A stretch of 53,402 nt of DNA from a virus. Its lineage: Duplodnaviria; Caudoviricetes. The stretch is taken from IMG/VR virus record IMGVR_UViG_3300015264_000030, positions 1 through 53,402 of that record, one strand, 5' to 3'. A model generated the notes under the pieces. The model saw only the letters and a list, made by a program, of their open reading frames with translations, was not told the DNA's origin and did no database searches. The position numbers and the translations under genes were made by a program. The number at the start of each line of letters is the position of its first letter. Within the stretch, counting starts at the first letter, position 1. This document shows positions 9,345-18,834 of the stretch, piece by piece.

Positions 9345-11108
9345 ATGGCTAGGGCGCACCTAAAATTACATGGTCAGTATAAGGTGGATGTTTTTGATGT
9401 AAGCGGGAATCTTTTAAGGACTTCAGATTACATTGATAACTTTATCACCAATTCTGGGACTCTATATCCATACTATTTTGCATTTGCCGATTGTTTTCGT
9501 TATTTAAGTTTAGGAACAGGAACAGGTAGAAATTCAACTGGGTTGAGTATGGCCGCCACTACTGGATTAAATAGTGGAGTTGATGGTTTCCAATATATTG
9601 ATTCAGGATTTTATACTACTGGTGGATTTTTAGGCGGTGGTTGCGGAAATTTCGTTGACCCATCTTCAAATACAATAACTCTAATCAGACAGTGGGGACT
9701 TCCAGATATTACTGGTGGATTTTTTAACTCAACAGTAAATTTCTCTGAGATTATGGTTAGTCCCGGCAGACCATACGTTACAGGATTTACTGACAATACT
9801 CATTCTACTCCTACTGGATTATGTTCATGTTCCGAACAGGGATATTCTATTTCTAATTTTGGTGTAAGCCCTGATTTAACTGGACTTGATTGTTCTCAAA
9901 TCGCGGTCTATTACTCACTTCTTCCAAACCTTCAAGAGACTGTCAACAATCAAGATGGTAGTCAGGGTGGACTAAGAAAAAGATTAAAACTTTGCGATGC
10001 ACCATTCGCCTTCTCAAGAATTACTGGAAATTTTCATGTCAACTCTGGCGAAGTTTTTGCCGTTACTTATAGACTTAATCTGATTTTTGATACGGGCATT
10101 CAATCCAATAAATTTTATTCTTCAATTCCAACTGGAACAGATTTGAACTTTAATGCACTTGGCTTTGCTTCTAATATCACAAATCCCGGTGTGAAGTTAA
10201 TTGTAGATAGTTATTTGAGCCAGAATAATTCAACGATATATGCTCCAAATTCTAATTTGAGGATGCAGCAAATAGACTTCATAAACAATGTAACTTGGCC
10301 TGTTTCAAGTTTGTATGGAGAATCCTTTGTCCCTTCTTTGGGTATCCCTCTTGAACCTTCGTGCATCTATGGTGACGGTGGTAATTTCGCTGTTTATGTT
10401 TCTGATGATAATACTCAATTTTTAGTTAGTCCGACGGGAGGTATATGTCCAACTGGATTATATCGTCCTTGGAATACCACTGGTAAAATCTTGCCTCAAA
10501 ATTCTGGATTGATGACTTTTCAAACTGTATTAAGCGGGAATGTCGCATCGGGGGCTGTTTGGAATGGAGGTGACTCTGAATATTGGTTTCGTAATCCATA
10601 TAATATCAGAACGACAAGTAGTTCAGTTGGATACCCAGATTCAGGTGATGTTTCTTCCTTGGGTTCTCAAACTCCAAATATCTATGCTGGAAAACAATCT
10701 CGTTCCTATTTTCAAAGCGGACACCGTGGAGGAAGCATCACTACAAATTACCAATTTCCAGACTATGCAATTAACGTAGGAATCGGAGCAGTTCAATATG
10801 TAAAAAGTTTCGTTGTGGGTTTTATTGATTCGGCGTTGATGTATTCTACCTATGGAAATGCGTATCAAAATGATATAACAAATGTTATGCCTTTCTTTGA
10901 CTGTTTATTTTCTGGTTTAAGCGGGTCTGGAATCTTTCTCCCTATCATTGAAACAGGAACAAATGATAATTTAACCACAACAAAGATATTGGATTCAGAT
11001 AATACGACTTATAATTATTTAACTGGTCAGAATGGAAGTATTTTTCCTACTTTTAATAATCAACTTTCTTGGACTGCTGATTGTCCTTCTGGTGTAGATG
11101 GTTGCTAA
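9345..11108 (+). CDS. Large virion structural protein (paralog of 6758..9343)
   Basis: Probable start ATG 9345, immediately after the previous stop; LHGQYKVDVF..NFITNSG.LYP..FADCFRYLSLG. Confidence 0.65.
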   Translation: MARAHLKLHGQYKVDVFDVSGNLLRTSDYIDNFITNSGTLYPYYFAFADCFRYLSLGTGTGRNSTGLSMAATTGLNSGVDGFQYIDSGFYTTGGFLGGGCGNFVDPSSNTITLIRQWGLPDITGGFFNSTVNFSEIMVSPGRPYVTGFTDNTHSTPTGLCSCSEQGYSISNFGVSPDLTGLDCSQIAVYYSLLPNLQETVNNQDGSQGGLRKRLKLCDAPFAFSRITGNFHVNSGEVFAVTYRLNLIFDTGIQSNKFYSSIPTGTDLNFNALGFASNITNPGVKLIVDSYLSQNNSTIYAPNSNLRMQQIDFINNVTWPVSSLYGESFVPSLGIPLEPSCIYGDGGNFAVYVSDDNTQFLVSPTGGICPTGLYRPWNTTGKILPQNSGLMTFQTVLSGNVASGAVWNGGDSEYWFRNPYNIRTTSSSVGYPDSGDVSSLGSQTPNIYAGKQSRSYFQSGHRGGSITTNYQFPDYAINVGIGAVQYVKSFVVGFIDSALMYSTYGNAYQNDITNVMPFFDCLFSGLSGSGIFLPIIETGTNDNLTTTKILDSDNTTYNYLTGQNGSIFPTFNNQLSWTADCPSGVDGC

Positions 11109-11127
11109 TACCAAATATCTAAAATTT

Positions 11128-11134
11128 GTGTAAT
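11128..11134 (+). promoter_or_regulatory. GTGTAAT candidate late-promoter motif
   Basis: 11 nt before ATG 11146. Confidence 0.6.
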
Positions 11135-11145
11135 TATCAGGGATT

Positions 11146-12732
11146 ATGTTGGCTAGAGATTTACCATTTCATCAAATTTTTTCATCAGTCGTGCGACCAG
11201 TTGTTTCAGAAGAAAAAGACAAACTGCTTGCAATCGCTTCGATGGATGAACTTGCGAAATTTATTCCAAATATTGATGCCACGAGAAATATTGATTTGCT
11301 TCCTATCGCGTTTGATGCCTGTGTTGTAAATAGAGGAAATAAAAACGGCGATATAATGAACACTGATACTGGTCTTTCTACTTATAAGACTTTTATTCAT
11401 AAATTTATTGATACCGAACACAATCGTCAAAAAGTTATTGGAGTTATTTTAACTGCGTCTCTTAGTGAATTTGGTTCTAATAAAATTATCACGGAAGATG
11501 ACGTGAAAGGCACGGATAAGCCCTTTAACATTACTCTTGGTGGAGTTTTGTGGCGTGCGGTAAATGGTGATTTGTGCGATTTAGTTGAAGACTCAAATGA
11601 CCCCGATTCAGATAACTACCGTAAAGTTTCTGCAAGTTGGGAACTTGGTTTTTCTGGATACGACGTAGTGGAATTTGAACAGGGTGACAAAAGTTTATCG
11701 GATGGCAAGATTATTAAAGACCCAGACTTTATTAAGAAGATTGAAAAGTATCTAAAATCTTCTGGCGGTTCAGGTATGAAAGATGGAAAGAATTATTACC
11801 GTATGCCAAATGAAAGTGTAATAGCTATGGGTATAGGTCTTACTGAGAAACCAGCAGCGGAAGTTCAAGGAATTGTAGTAAAAACTGAGCATAAAGATGA
11901 TTCTGCTAAAGCAACATTAGATACTGCTGACGCTGTAATTAAAAAAAATATTATTTCCACAGCAGAAAATATTTCACAAATACCAGAAAACAATGTAAAA
12001 AGAGAAAGAAGCACGATTATGAAAATCAACTCCATCGAAGACATTACGGACGATAATTTGAAACAGTGTTCGGCATCAGTTGTCACTGAATTCATTCAAT
12101 CGGAACTCAAGAAGGCTAGTGAGACATTTACGACTGAAAAGACTCAGCAAGCTACGGCTGCTCAGAAACTTCAGGAGACAACTGTATCTCTTAATCAGAA
12201 GCTCGATGAAATGAAGGTTTCGCTTGATGCGATGGCAACAGAAAAGACAAACCGCGACAAGGTTGACGCTTTCAATGCTCGTATGAGCGAAACCGTTGCA
12301 TCCTATGAATTGCCAGATGATGTTGCAAAGATTGTTGCCGATGATTTGAAGAATATCGCTACTGCCGAAGCTTATGCAGTTTGGCAGACGAAGGCAGCTA
12401 CACTTTTGAAGCCATTTTCTAAGATTGCTATTGCGGCAGCAAAGAAAGCCAAGGCTGATGATGAAGAAGCTATGGCTAAGAAGAAAAAGGATGAAGACGA
12501 AGCCAAGGCTGCTCTTGAAAAGAAGGGCGATAAAAAAGACGATGATGACGCAGATGATAAGAAAAAGGGAGCTAAGGCTTCCGAAGCTGTGGCATCCGTA
12601 ATCGAAGAAGTCCTTGATAATGCTGACAAAGAAAAGGGCGGATTGCCAAACGGTTCAAGTGCAGCAGCACCAAATTTGAAGGAAAAGTTTAAGACTGCCT
12701 TCGCGGAAGAAAATTTCGTTATCAAACAGTAA
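11146..12732 (+). CDS. Prohead maturation protease fused to scaffolding domain
   Basis: NKNGD, IDTEHNRQKVIG (His) and VSASWEL (Ser) resemble HK97/herpes-type assembly proteases; C-terminal half is coiled-coil and Lys/Asp/Ala-rich; precedes the capsid genes. Confidence 0.8.
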   Translation: MLARDLPFHQIFSSVVRPVVSEEKDKLLAIASMDELAKFIPNIDATRNIDLLPIAFDACVVNRGNKNGDIMNTDTGLSTYKTFIHKFIDTEHNRQKVIGVILTASLSEFGSNKIITEDDVKGTDKPFNITLGGVLWRAVNGDLCDLVEDSNDPDSDNYRKVSASWELGFSGYDVVEFEQGDKSLSDGKIIKDPDFIKKIEKYLKSSGGSGMKDGKNYYRMPNESVIAMGIGLTEKPAAEVQGIVVKTEHKDDSAKATLDTADAVIKKNIISTAENISQIPENNVKRERSTIMKINSIEDITDDNLKQCSASVVTEFIQSELKKASETFTTEKTQQATAAQKLQETTVSLNQKLDEMKVSLDAMATEKTNRDKVDAFNARMSETVASYELPDDVAKIVADDLKNIATAEAYAVWQTKAATLLKPFSKIAIAAAKKAKADDEEAMAKKKKDEDEAKAALEKKGDKKDDDDADDKKKGAKASEAVASVIEEVLDNADKEKGGLPNGSSAAAPNLKEKFKTAFAEENFVIKQ

Positions 12733-12760
12733 AAAATAACACAACAGGAGACAACAAATT

Positions 12761-13354
12761 ATGCCATTACCATTACTCAGACCATTGAGAGACTACAACG
12801 AGAAGGACGTGTATAATCTTTACACTTTCTCCGGCCAAACCAGTTCCGGCCAAATCATTAACAAGGGAACGCTTGTCGCTGTTGCCCCAAACGCAGGTTG
12901 GAGAAATGACCAAGAGCCATTAAACATTATTGGTAACTATGGTGATTTCAGTGTCAATAACGTCCAAGCCCTTCGTTATGGAACGAACGCAGCCGTTACT
13001 TACTACGGCACTGGTTCCTCCGTTAGTGGATTTCCGGGCGAATATCCAATCGGTATTACTTTGTTCGATGTGCGCGAACTTGATGAAAATTTGATTCCTC
13101 TCAAGTATAATCCACGCAAAGCCGCTGAATTGGAAGCTTGTATTTCTGGTCAAACGGTTCCTATCGTTTCTCGCGGAACATTCCTTTACTCTGGTCTTAC
13201 TGGTTCATTTGGTGGTGGTTCACCAATCTACGGTGGTGTTTCCGGTGTTATTACCGCGCAAAACAACGCCACAGGCAACCTTGTGCAAGTCGGTATTGCG
13301 CTTGGCGGAACAGGAGCAGACGGTTCAGCCCTCATCAGGTTGGGTCTTTGGTAA
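12761..13354 (+). CDS. Capsid decoration/cement protein
   Basis: 197 aa between scaffold and MCP; PIGITLFDV..GQTVPIVSRG..VGIALG pattern of beta-tulip decoration proteins; AGGAG upstream. Confidence 0.7.
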   Translation: MPLPLLRPLRDYNEKDVYNLYTFSGQTSSGQIINKGTLVAVAPNAGWRNDQEPLNIIGNYGDFSVNNVQALRYGTNAAVTYYGTGSSVSGFPGEYPIGITLFDVRELDENLIPLKYNPRKAAELEACISGQTVPIVSRGTFLYSGLTGSFGGGSPIYGGVSGVITAQNNATGNLVQVGIALGGTGADGSALIRLGLW

Positions 13355-13388
13355 TCTTAGTCATTTGAAACAATAAGGAAAAACATTT

Positions 13389-14564
13389 ATGCAAATCCAA
13401 CTTAAAAACACGCCAGAGCAAATCGAGTTAATCAAGGCTATGGGTTCGTCCAAGCAGTCTGTCGCTCGTGAAGCTACCGAGGCCATCGCAGCGTTCCTCG
13501 CACCAGTTCTCAAGAAAGTCTTGATGACTGCTGGAACTGCGTCCACAATTTATCGTGATATTGAATACGATGAAGATTCTGACCCATCCATCCCACTCGA
13601 CTTGTTTTACAATGAAGGTGCTGGATATGTTTCTGTATGGAGCCAGTCACAAGCTGGTGGTCTTCCAACCTCGCAAGTTGCAGGTATGGCTGAAATCAAG
13701 TTCGGAACCTACCGCCTTGACTCTGCCGTATCCTTCAATAAGAAATATGCGCGCAAGAGCCGTTTGGATGTTGTTTCCAAGGCTATTGAACGCATGGTCA
13801 ACGAAGTCCTTATTAAACAGGAACGTAATGCTTGGGCTGTTATCTTGAAGGCATTGGCCGAAGCTTACACCCCAATCTACGGTGCTGGTCAAACTGTCAC
13901 GACCCAATACGGCCACACTCTTGCTGCTGCACAGGCAGGTAGCTTTCTGTTGGCAGACTTGAACAACTTGATTGTTCGTATCAAAAGAATCAATGAATCA
14001 TACAGCGCAAATACGCCTGTTCAGCCTTACTCACACGGTATTACCGACTTATATGTTTCCCCTGAAATCAAGGCGATGATTCGTGCGTTTGCTTATAACC
14101 CAATTAACACAAGCTCGTCTGACTCGACAGCTATCGGTGGTATTCGTGGTCAATTCCTTTCTGACAATCTCCGCGACGAGATTTTTAGAAGTGCAGGTAT
14201 GCAGAGTATCTACGGTGTTAACATTGTTGAACTCGTCGAATTCGGTGGAAACCAGAAGTATAACGTCTTGTTTGACCAGTTCGCTAAGTCCGGTAATTCG
14301 GCTTCGCAAGTTCAGGGTTCAAATGGTGCGGCTACTTGGTCAAGCTCATCCACACAGCAAGTCTGTGTCGGTATTGACAATACTCGTGGTGCGTTTGTTC
14401 GCCCTGTTGCAGTTCAGGCTGAATCTGGCGGCACGTTCTCCGTTCTTCCTGATGGTCAATTCGATATGTATGGTTCCCGTGTCCAGAAGGTCGGCTTCTA
14501 CGGTTTCCTCGAAGAAGGCCGCGTCTGTTTGGACGCTCGTTCGACGGTCGGTATTGTTGTCTAA
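13389..14564 (+). CDS. Major capsid protein (HK97 fold)
   Basis: 391 aa with codon usage typical of a highly expressed gene; ITDLYVSPE, IYGVNIVEL and KVGFYGFLEEGRVCLD motifs; followed by a terminator. Confidence 0.85.
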   Translation: MQIQLKNTPEQIELIKAMGSSKQSVAREATEAIAAFLAPVLKKVLMTAGTASTIYRDIEYDEDSDPSIPLDLFYNEGAGYVSVWSQSQAGGLPTSQVAGMAEIKFGTYRLDSAVSFNKKYARKSRLDVVSKAIERMVNEVLIKQERNAWAVILKALAEAYTPIYGAGQTVTTQYGHTLAAAQAGSFLLADLNNLIVRIKRINESYSANTPVQPYSHGITDLYVSPEIKAMIRAFAYNPINTSSSDSTAIGGIRGQFLSDNLRDEIFRSAGMQSIYGVNIVELVEFGGNQKYNVLFDQFAKSGNSASQVQGSNGAATWSSSSTQQVCVGIDNTRGAFVRPVAVQAESGGTFSVLPDGQFDMYGSRVQKVGFYGFLEEGRVCLDARSTVGIVV

Positions 14565-14579
14565 AAACAACTTCAATTC

Positions 14580-14619
14580 AAAAAAGACGGTGGGCTAAAA
14601 GCCCGCCGTTTTTTTGTTT
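14580..14619 (+). terminator. Rho-independent terminator after MCP
   Basis: Stem ACGGTGGGCT / AGCCCGCCGT (14587-14609) followed by a T tract and preceded by an A tract. Confidence 0.9.
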
Positions 14620-14661
14620 ATACATATAAGCTTTTTCCCAATATAATAAGGAAAGACATTT

Positions 14662-15012
14662 ATGCCAAGAAAATCCAAAAAACTCGATTCTTTGAAACAG
14701 ACACATGGTAAAGTCAATACCTTTGAAGTTACTTCCCTTGACCAAATTTGGGGCGGTGGCGATAATTCCAAATTCGGCACAATGGATGAAAATGTATTTC
14801 AAAAAATGCTCACTGACTTCACTAGGGCTGATTTGGAAAATTATGCGCGCAAGCATGGGAGCGTTATTGTTGAAAGTTCTGAACGTATTCGTGCGGAATT
14901 GATGAAAGTTTTCCGTAACTATGTTTCTCTCTTGCAGAAACCAACTTCCAAGCCTCAACCAAGGCAAGTCGTTTCACCAGAAGCGCAGCGAGTTCTTAAC
15001 GAAGGCCGTTAA
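14662..15012 (+). CDS. Hypothetical basic protein
   Basis: 116-aa ORF with TATAAT (14642) and AAGGA upstream. Confidence 0.7.
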   Translation: MPRKSKKLDSLKQTHGKVNTFEVTSLDQIWGGGDNSKFGTMDENVFQKMLTDFTRADLENYARKHGSVIVESSERIRAELMKVFRNYVSLLQKPTSKPQPRQVVSPEAQRVLNEGR

Positions 15013-15045
15013 TATAAGATTCTTTCGTCGGTGGATGCCGTTGAT

Positions 15046-15052
15046 GTGTAAT
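15046..15052 (+). promoter_or_regulatory. GTGTAAT candidate late-promoter motif
   Basis: 10 nt before ATG 15063. Confidence 0.6.
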
Positions 15053-15062
15053 TACATTTATT

Positions 15063-15572
15063 ATGGCGTTCGATTCCACAATTAGGTTAAGGCAAATGAA
15101 TCAGGCAGAATTGTCTGGTTTTCTTATCCCAATTATTCTCACTTATTTAAGTAATACTGGCAATTTAAGTGGAGTTTTTTATCCATTATTAAATAATCCG
15201 AGCGGTTATCTTCAATCTGGCGCATTTATATCTCAGGTTGATTTAGATAGTGCGATTACCCAAGCTCTTTCTTTTGTATCCAATAATTTTTATCCTGATT
15301 CAAACCCTAGTGGATTTTTAAGAGCTTCGGATATTACTCATGCTACAAATTCTTTTTTGGTAAATTGTTCATCTGGCGTTGATACACAATTTGTTAATTT
15401 TCCATTTCCATTTACAGGAATTCCTAATATAAATTGTTCATTTCTCAATAATATTGATAATAACATTTATTATTTTGGCATCTCAGGTGTAAATACTACT
15501 GGATTTTATGTGAATTATAGCGATACGGTTGCCAAAACTGGGTATAAACTAAGCGTAATTACAGACTTATAA
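15063..15572 (+). CDS. Short fibre/adaptor protein with C-terminal gp53/H-lectin-like domain
   Basis: N-terminus MAFDSTIRLRQMNQAEL shared with ORF 1022; two FYP..NPSG repeats; C-terminus VNFPFPFTGIP...NTTGF. Confidence 0.6.
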   Translation: MAFDSTIRLRQMNQAELSGFLIPIILTYLSNTGNLSGVFYPLLNNPSGYLQSGAFISQVDLDSAITQALSFVSNNFYPDSNPSGFLRASDITHATNSFLVNCSSGVDTQFVNFPFPFTGIPNINCSFLNNIDNNIYYFGISGVNTTGFYVNYSDTVAKTGYKLSVITDL

Positions 15573-15573
15573 A

Positions 15574-17352
15574 ATGAAAAGTTTATTCAAACAAATTCAG
15601 GCGGGTGAATTAAATATTACTACTGGAAAGGTGGGAATAGGAGTCATCAATCCTCAATATATTTTAGATATAAATGGCTCTATCGGTAATTCCCTAGGCA
15701 TGAATACGGGTAGTTATATTGATTTAGGGAATAGTATTTTTGTTGATAACACTGGCGCTATTTCTTTTGACTATAATCAAAAAATTTTATTTGGTAATTG
15801 GTCTGGTAATGGATTTTCTCTTGATGGGCCTATTACAATAAGTGGAAATAATGTTATTACTGAAGATGAGACTGGTCAATTTTATTCATCAAGTAATCCA
15901 TCTGGATTTATTACAGGAAACCTGAATCTTTATTCTCTTGATTCCAAAGTCGTTCACATTATAGGAAATGAAATAATTAGTGGGAATAAAACTTTTTCAA
16001 GTCAAGTTACGGCCAATGGAGTTAAGTCAAATGTATTTCAAGATTCTTCTTCAATCAACGGTATTATTCTTAATTTGGGGATATTGACTACTGGTAATGA
16101 TTTATCTACTGATATAACAATAGATATGGCTCATGGTAGATTATCTAGGACGGGTGTTGTCCATCTTGATTGGTTTAATAATAAATTAAGTGGAAATTGG
16201 ACTGCTGAATCTTTAATTATCAGTGGTCAACCAGTATTAACTGGTTCAACCATTTCATTTATTACCACTGGACAAACTGGACAATTTGCATCTAATAGTA
16301 ATTTGTCAGCAACAGGAAGTTCTTTATCAACTTGGACAGGAAATTCTACTGGACTTTACTATCCTCGTAATTCTAATCCTTCTGGATTTATAACTAGCGG
16401 TCAAACTGGAATATTTGCTATAGATTCTAATGTAGTGCATATTACAGGGGATGAAAATATTCATGGTCTAAAGACATTTTCAGCGATTCAATCCGATTAT
16501 TGGACGGACATATACAATAATAAAGTTTCAATCGGTGGGTATCTTATAGATTCCAATAATAATATTTCTGTAGCTTGGGACGGCAGAGTATTACAAGATT
16601 CAAATATTACAACAAGTTTAGATTGGAGCAACAGAACATTACAAGATGGAAATGGAATAATAAGTCTAGATTATAATAATAGAAGATTACTAACAACTGA
16701 TGGCAATCCAATTCTTGATTGGCAAAATGGATACATAAGTGTTTTTCAAAATCTAAATGTAGATGGAATCGCTAGTTTTTCAAATCAACTATTGATTTCT
16801 GGTAATGATATTACTACATATTTTTATCCTAAAAATAATAATCCTTCTGGTTATATTACGAGCGGTCAAACTGGAATATTTGCTTCTACTGGAAACTTAG
16901 CTTCAACTGGAAATTTTATTTCTTCTTGGACGGGTGTATCAACTGGACTTTACTATCCTCGTAATTCTAATCCTTCTGGATATATTACGAGCGGGAATGG
17001 GTGCATTATAATCCAAAGCCAAAAAATAAATTTCGCCCAGACTGGAAACTATAGCCTATTCACAGTTCCAAGCGGTCAATTATTTTTGATTGATACAATG
17101 GAAGTCATAACGACCAATATCACCTCCCCGAATCAGCCGCCATATGTTTCATTCGGAAATACATCCAGTTTTGGAAGTTATACTTCTTCAATACAGACCA
17201 CTTCAAATTCCCAATATGCTCGTCATATTTTTGACAATCCGCAGAACGCGATTATTTCTGGAATCATTTTGACCGCATCCATTACAGCCGCCTCGACAGC
17301 GACCGTGCAATCTGGATATTTATTATACAAGGGATTTTTTACTAATTCATAA
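15574..17352 (+). CDS. Fibre protein with NPSG(F/Y)IT repeats
   Basis: KVGIGVINP..LDING motif, two VVHI.G.E.I.G.KTFS fibre repeats, LDW..R.L.D repeats and four NPSG(F/Y)IT repeats. Confidence 0.7.
   Translation: MKSLFKQIQAGELNITTGKVGIGVINPQYILDINGSIGNSLGMNTGSYIDLGNSIFVDNTGAISFDYNQKILFGNWSGNGFSLDGPITISGNNVITEDETGQFYSSSNPSGFITGNLNLYSLDSKVVHIIGNEIISGNKTFSSQVTANGVKSNVFQDSSSINGIILNLGILTTGNDLSTDITIDMAHGRLSRTGVVHLDWFNNKLSGNWTAESLIISGQPVLTGSTISFITTGQTGQFASNSNLSATGSSLSTWTGNSTGLYYPRNSNPSGFITSGQTGIFAIDSNVVHITGDENIHGLKTFSAIQSDYWTDIYNNKVSIGGYLIDSNNNISVAWDGRVLQDSNITTSLDWSNRTLQDGNGIISLDYNNRRLLTTDGNPILDWQNGYISVFQNLNVDGIASFSNQLLISGNDITTYFYPKNNNPSGYITSGQTGIFASTGNLASTGNFISSWTGVSTGLYYPRNSNPSGYITSGNGCIIIQSQKINFAQTGNYSLFTVPSGQLFLIDTMEVITTNITSPNQPPYVSFGNTSSFGSYTSSIQTTSNSQYARHIFDNPQNAIISGIILTASITAASTATVQSGYLLYKGFFTNS
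16348..16981 (+). repeat. 40-bp exact direct repeat (16348-16387 and 16942-16981) inside the fibre gene
   Basis: ACTGGACTTTACTATCCTCGTAATTCTAATCCTTCTGGAT occurs twice; partial third copy near 16840-16885. Confidence 0.85.
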
Positions 17353-17356
17353 AATT

Positions 17357-18820
17357 ATGAGCGTGTTTATAGGAGGATATTTTGGAGGATATAAATTTTC
17401 GTTAATTAGCGCAAACGCTCCTTCATTGATACTCAATACATCTGGTTCAATAATAACATCTGGGCATTTGATAGATGCTAATTTCATTACAACAACTTAT
17501 AGTAGAGTTATATCTGGAACACAGTATTTAGTTCAAGTAGTTCCTCAACAATATAACTTTTGGGGGAATACTCCGATTGTTAATTTATCAACGGATAATA
17601 CTGGAATCGCAACCATTGATAATCTTGGGAACGTAAGTTATGTGAATACTGGACATTTTAATGTAATAGCAAATACAAATTCTAATTCTTATTATAGTGG
17701 TCAAACTGCTATGTTGCCATTGACTAATATAAGTGGGGGAAGCGGATTAAGTTCTGTAAGCGTATTTGCTCCAGACGCAATTAGCATATCTAATCACGTT
17801 TTAATCATTTATAATACTAATTCTAACGATAGCATTAACTTAAAAAATTATTATACGGGTCACAGACCACTATTTTCAGGAGCGAATATTTTAGGTATTT
17901 CGTGTCCGTCTGGTCAAGAAAGCATATCTTCATCTGGATTTACGGGAAGCATAAGACAGCCGATAATAAATTACCTTACTGGAGTCTCTGGAACAAAACA
18001 GATACGTTATGCCGTTATGATGTGCGATATTCCAACTAGAATATCCGATAATGCACTGGCTCCTTCCATATTTTTCCCATATGGATATAGTGTATCTTAT
18101 GAACTTTATCTTTCTTATTGGAGATTAGGATTGAGAAGCGGATATGATTATAACCAGCAAAATAATCACTTTAATTTGGCACAATTCCAAAATAATACCA
18201 TTTTGACTTCATATATCAATTTCGGTTCATATAAAGATTGCACTTCATATATTGATAAAGTCACCTCAAATCAAACAGGAATTTATTTAACTGGTTCGCA
18301 AAATACTGGATATTATATCGAAGATATGGGGGCTTTTATCGGTTCTCTTACATATTTTTCGGGAAGAAATCTGCAACCATTGATTGAAGCTTTCCCATCT
18401 GTCAATTATACTTATCATTCAAGCAATCAATCTCATATAAATACTGGAAATAATTTAGCTGGATATTGTTCTTGGGGCAATGATGGTGGAATGGGCCAGT
18501 ATTATGCTATTGACGGAACTGTCAAATGGGGTCAGAATAATAACTGGTATCTAATCTTAACGGTTGATAGTTTTAATGGACAAAGAAATGGTGGAGGAAA
18601 TTTCATTGATTGGTTTAGTAGCGGGGCTTTTGGTGGAACTGGATATAATAATTGTCCAGTTGGCGCAGTTGGAAATGTCGAAGAACCTTTGCTTGGTCAT
18701 TCATGTCTTTCGGGATATTTTAATTTATGGCAAACTGGTTATCCATTTATTGAATGTGCTTGGCAATCAAGGCAAACGCCTTATTTTGCTGCATTTGGTG
18801 ACCCATTTTGTGTGATATAA
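17357..18820 (+). CDS. TIGR03790-like protein with N-terminal Ig-like (Big_2-like) segment
   Basis: VLIIYNTNSNDS..LKNYY...R, IRYAVMMCDIPTRI, GAVGNVEEP and GYPFIECAW...FGDP match my recollection of the TIGR03790 pattern; STDNTGIATID..G.V resembles Big_2. Confidence 0.65.
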   Translation: MSVFIGGYFGGYKFSLISANAPSLILNTSGSIITSGHLIDANFITTTYSRVISGTQYLVQVVPQQYNFWGNTPIVNLSTDNTGIATIDNLGNVSYVNTGHFNVIANTNSNSYYSGQTAMLPLTNISGGSGLSSVSVFAPDAISISNHVLIIYNTNSNDSINLKNYYTGHRPLFSGANILGISCPSGQESISSSGFTGSIRQPIINYLTGVSGTKQIRYAVMMCDIPTRISDNALAPSIFFPYGYSVSYELYLSYWRLGLRSGYDYNQQNNHFNLAQFQNNTILTSYINFGSYKDCTSYIDKVTSNQTGIYLTGSQNTGYYIEDMGAFIGSLTYFSGRNLQPLIEAFPSVNYTYHSSNQSHINTGNNLAGYCSWGNDGGMGQYYAIDGTVKWGQNNNWYLILTVDSFNGQRNGGGNFIDWFSSGAFGGTGYNNCPVGAVGNVEEPLLGHSCLSGYFNLWQTGYPFIECAWQSRQTPYFAAFGDPFCVI

Positions 18821-18827
18821 GTGTAAT
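18821..18827 (+). promoter_or_regulatory. GTGTAAT candidate late-promoter motif
   Basis: Directly after the stop, 7 nt before ATG 18835. Confidence 0.6.
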
Positions 18828-18834
18828 TATTGTT

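Noticed and set aside
15047-15056. TGTAATTACA palindrome as an operator
   Set aside because: The symmetry is not kept in most copies of the GTGTAAT motif, which behaves as a directional element.
16348-16981. Diversity-generating retroelement or CRISPR-like repeat
   Set aside because: The copies are identical rather than adenine-variable, lie inside a coding repeat, show no spacer periodicity, and no reverse transcriptase is present in the window.
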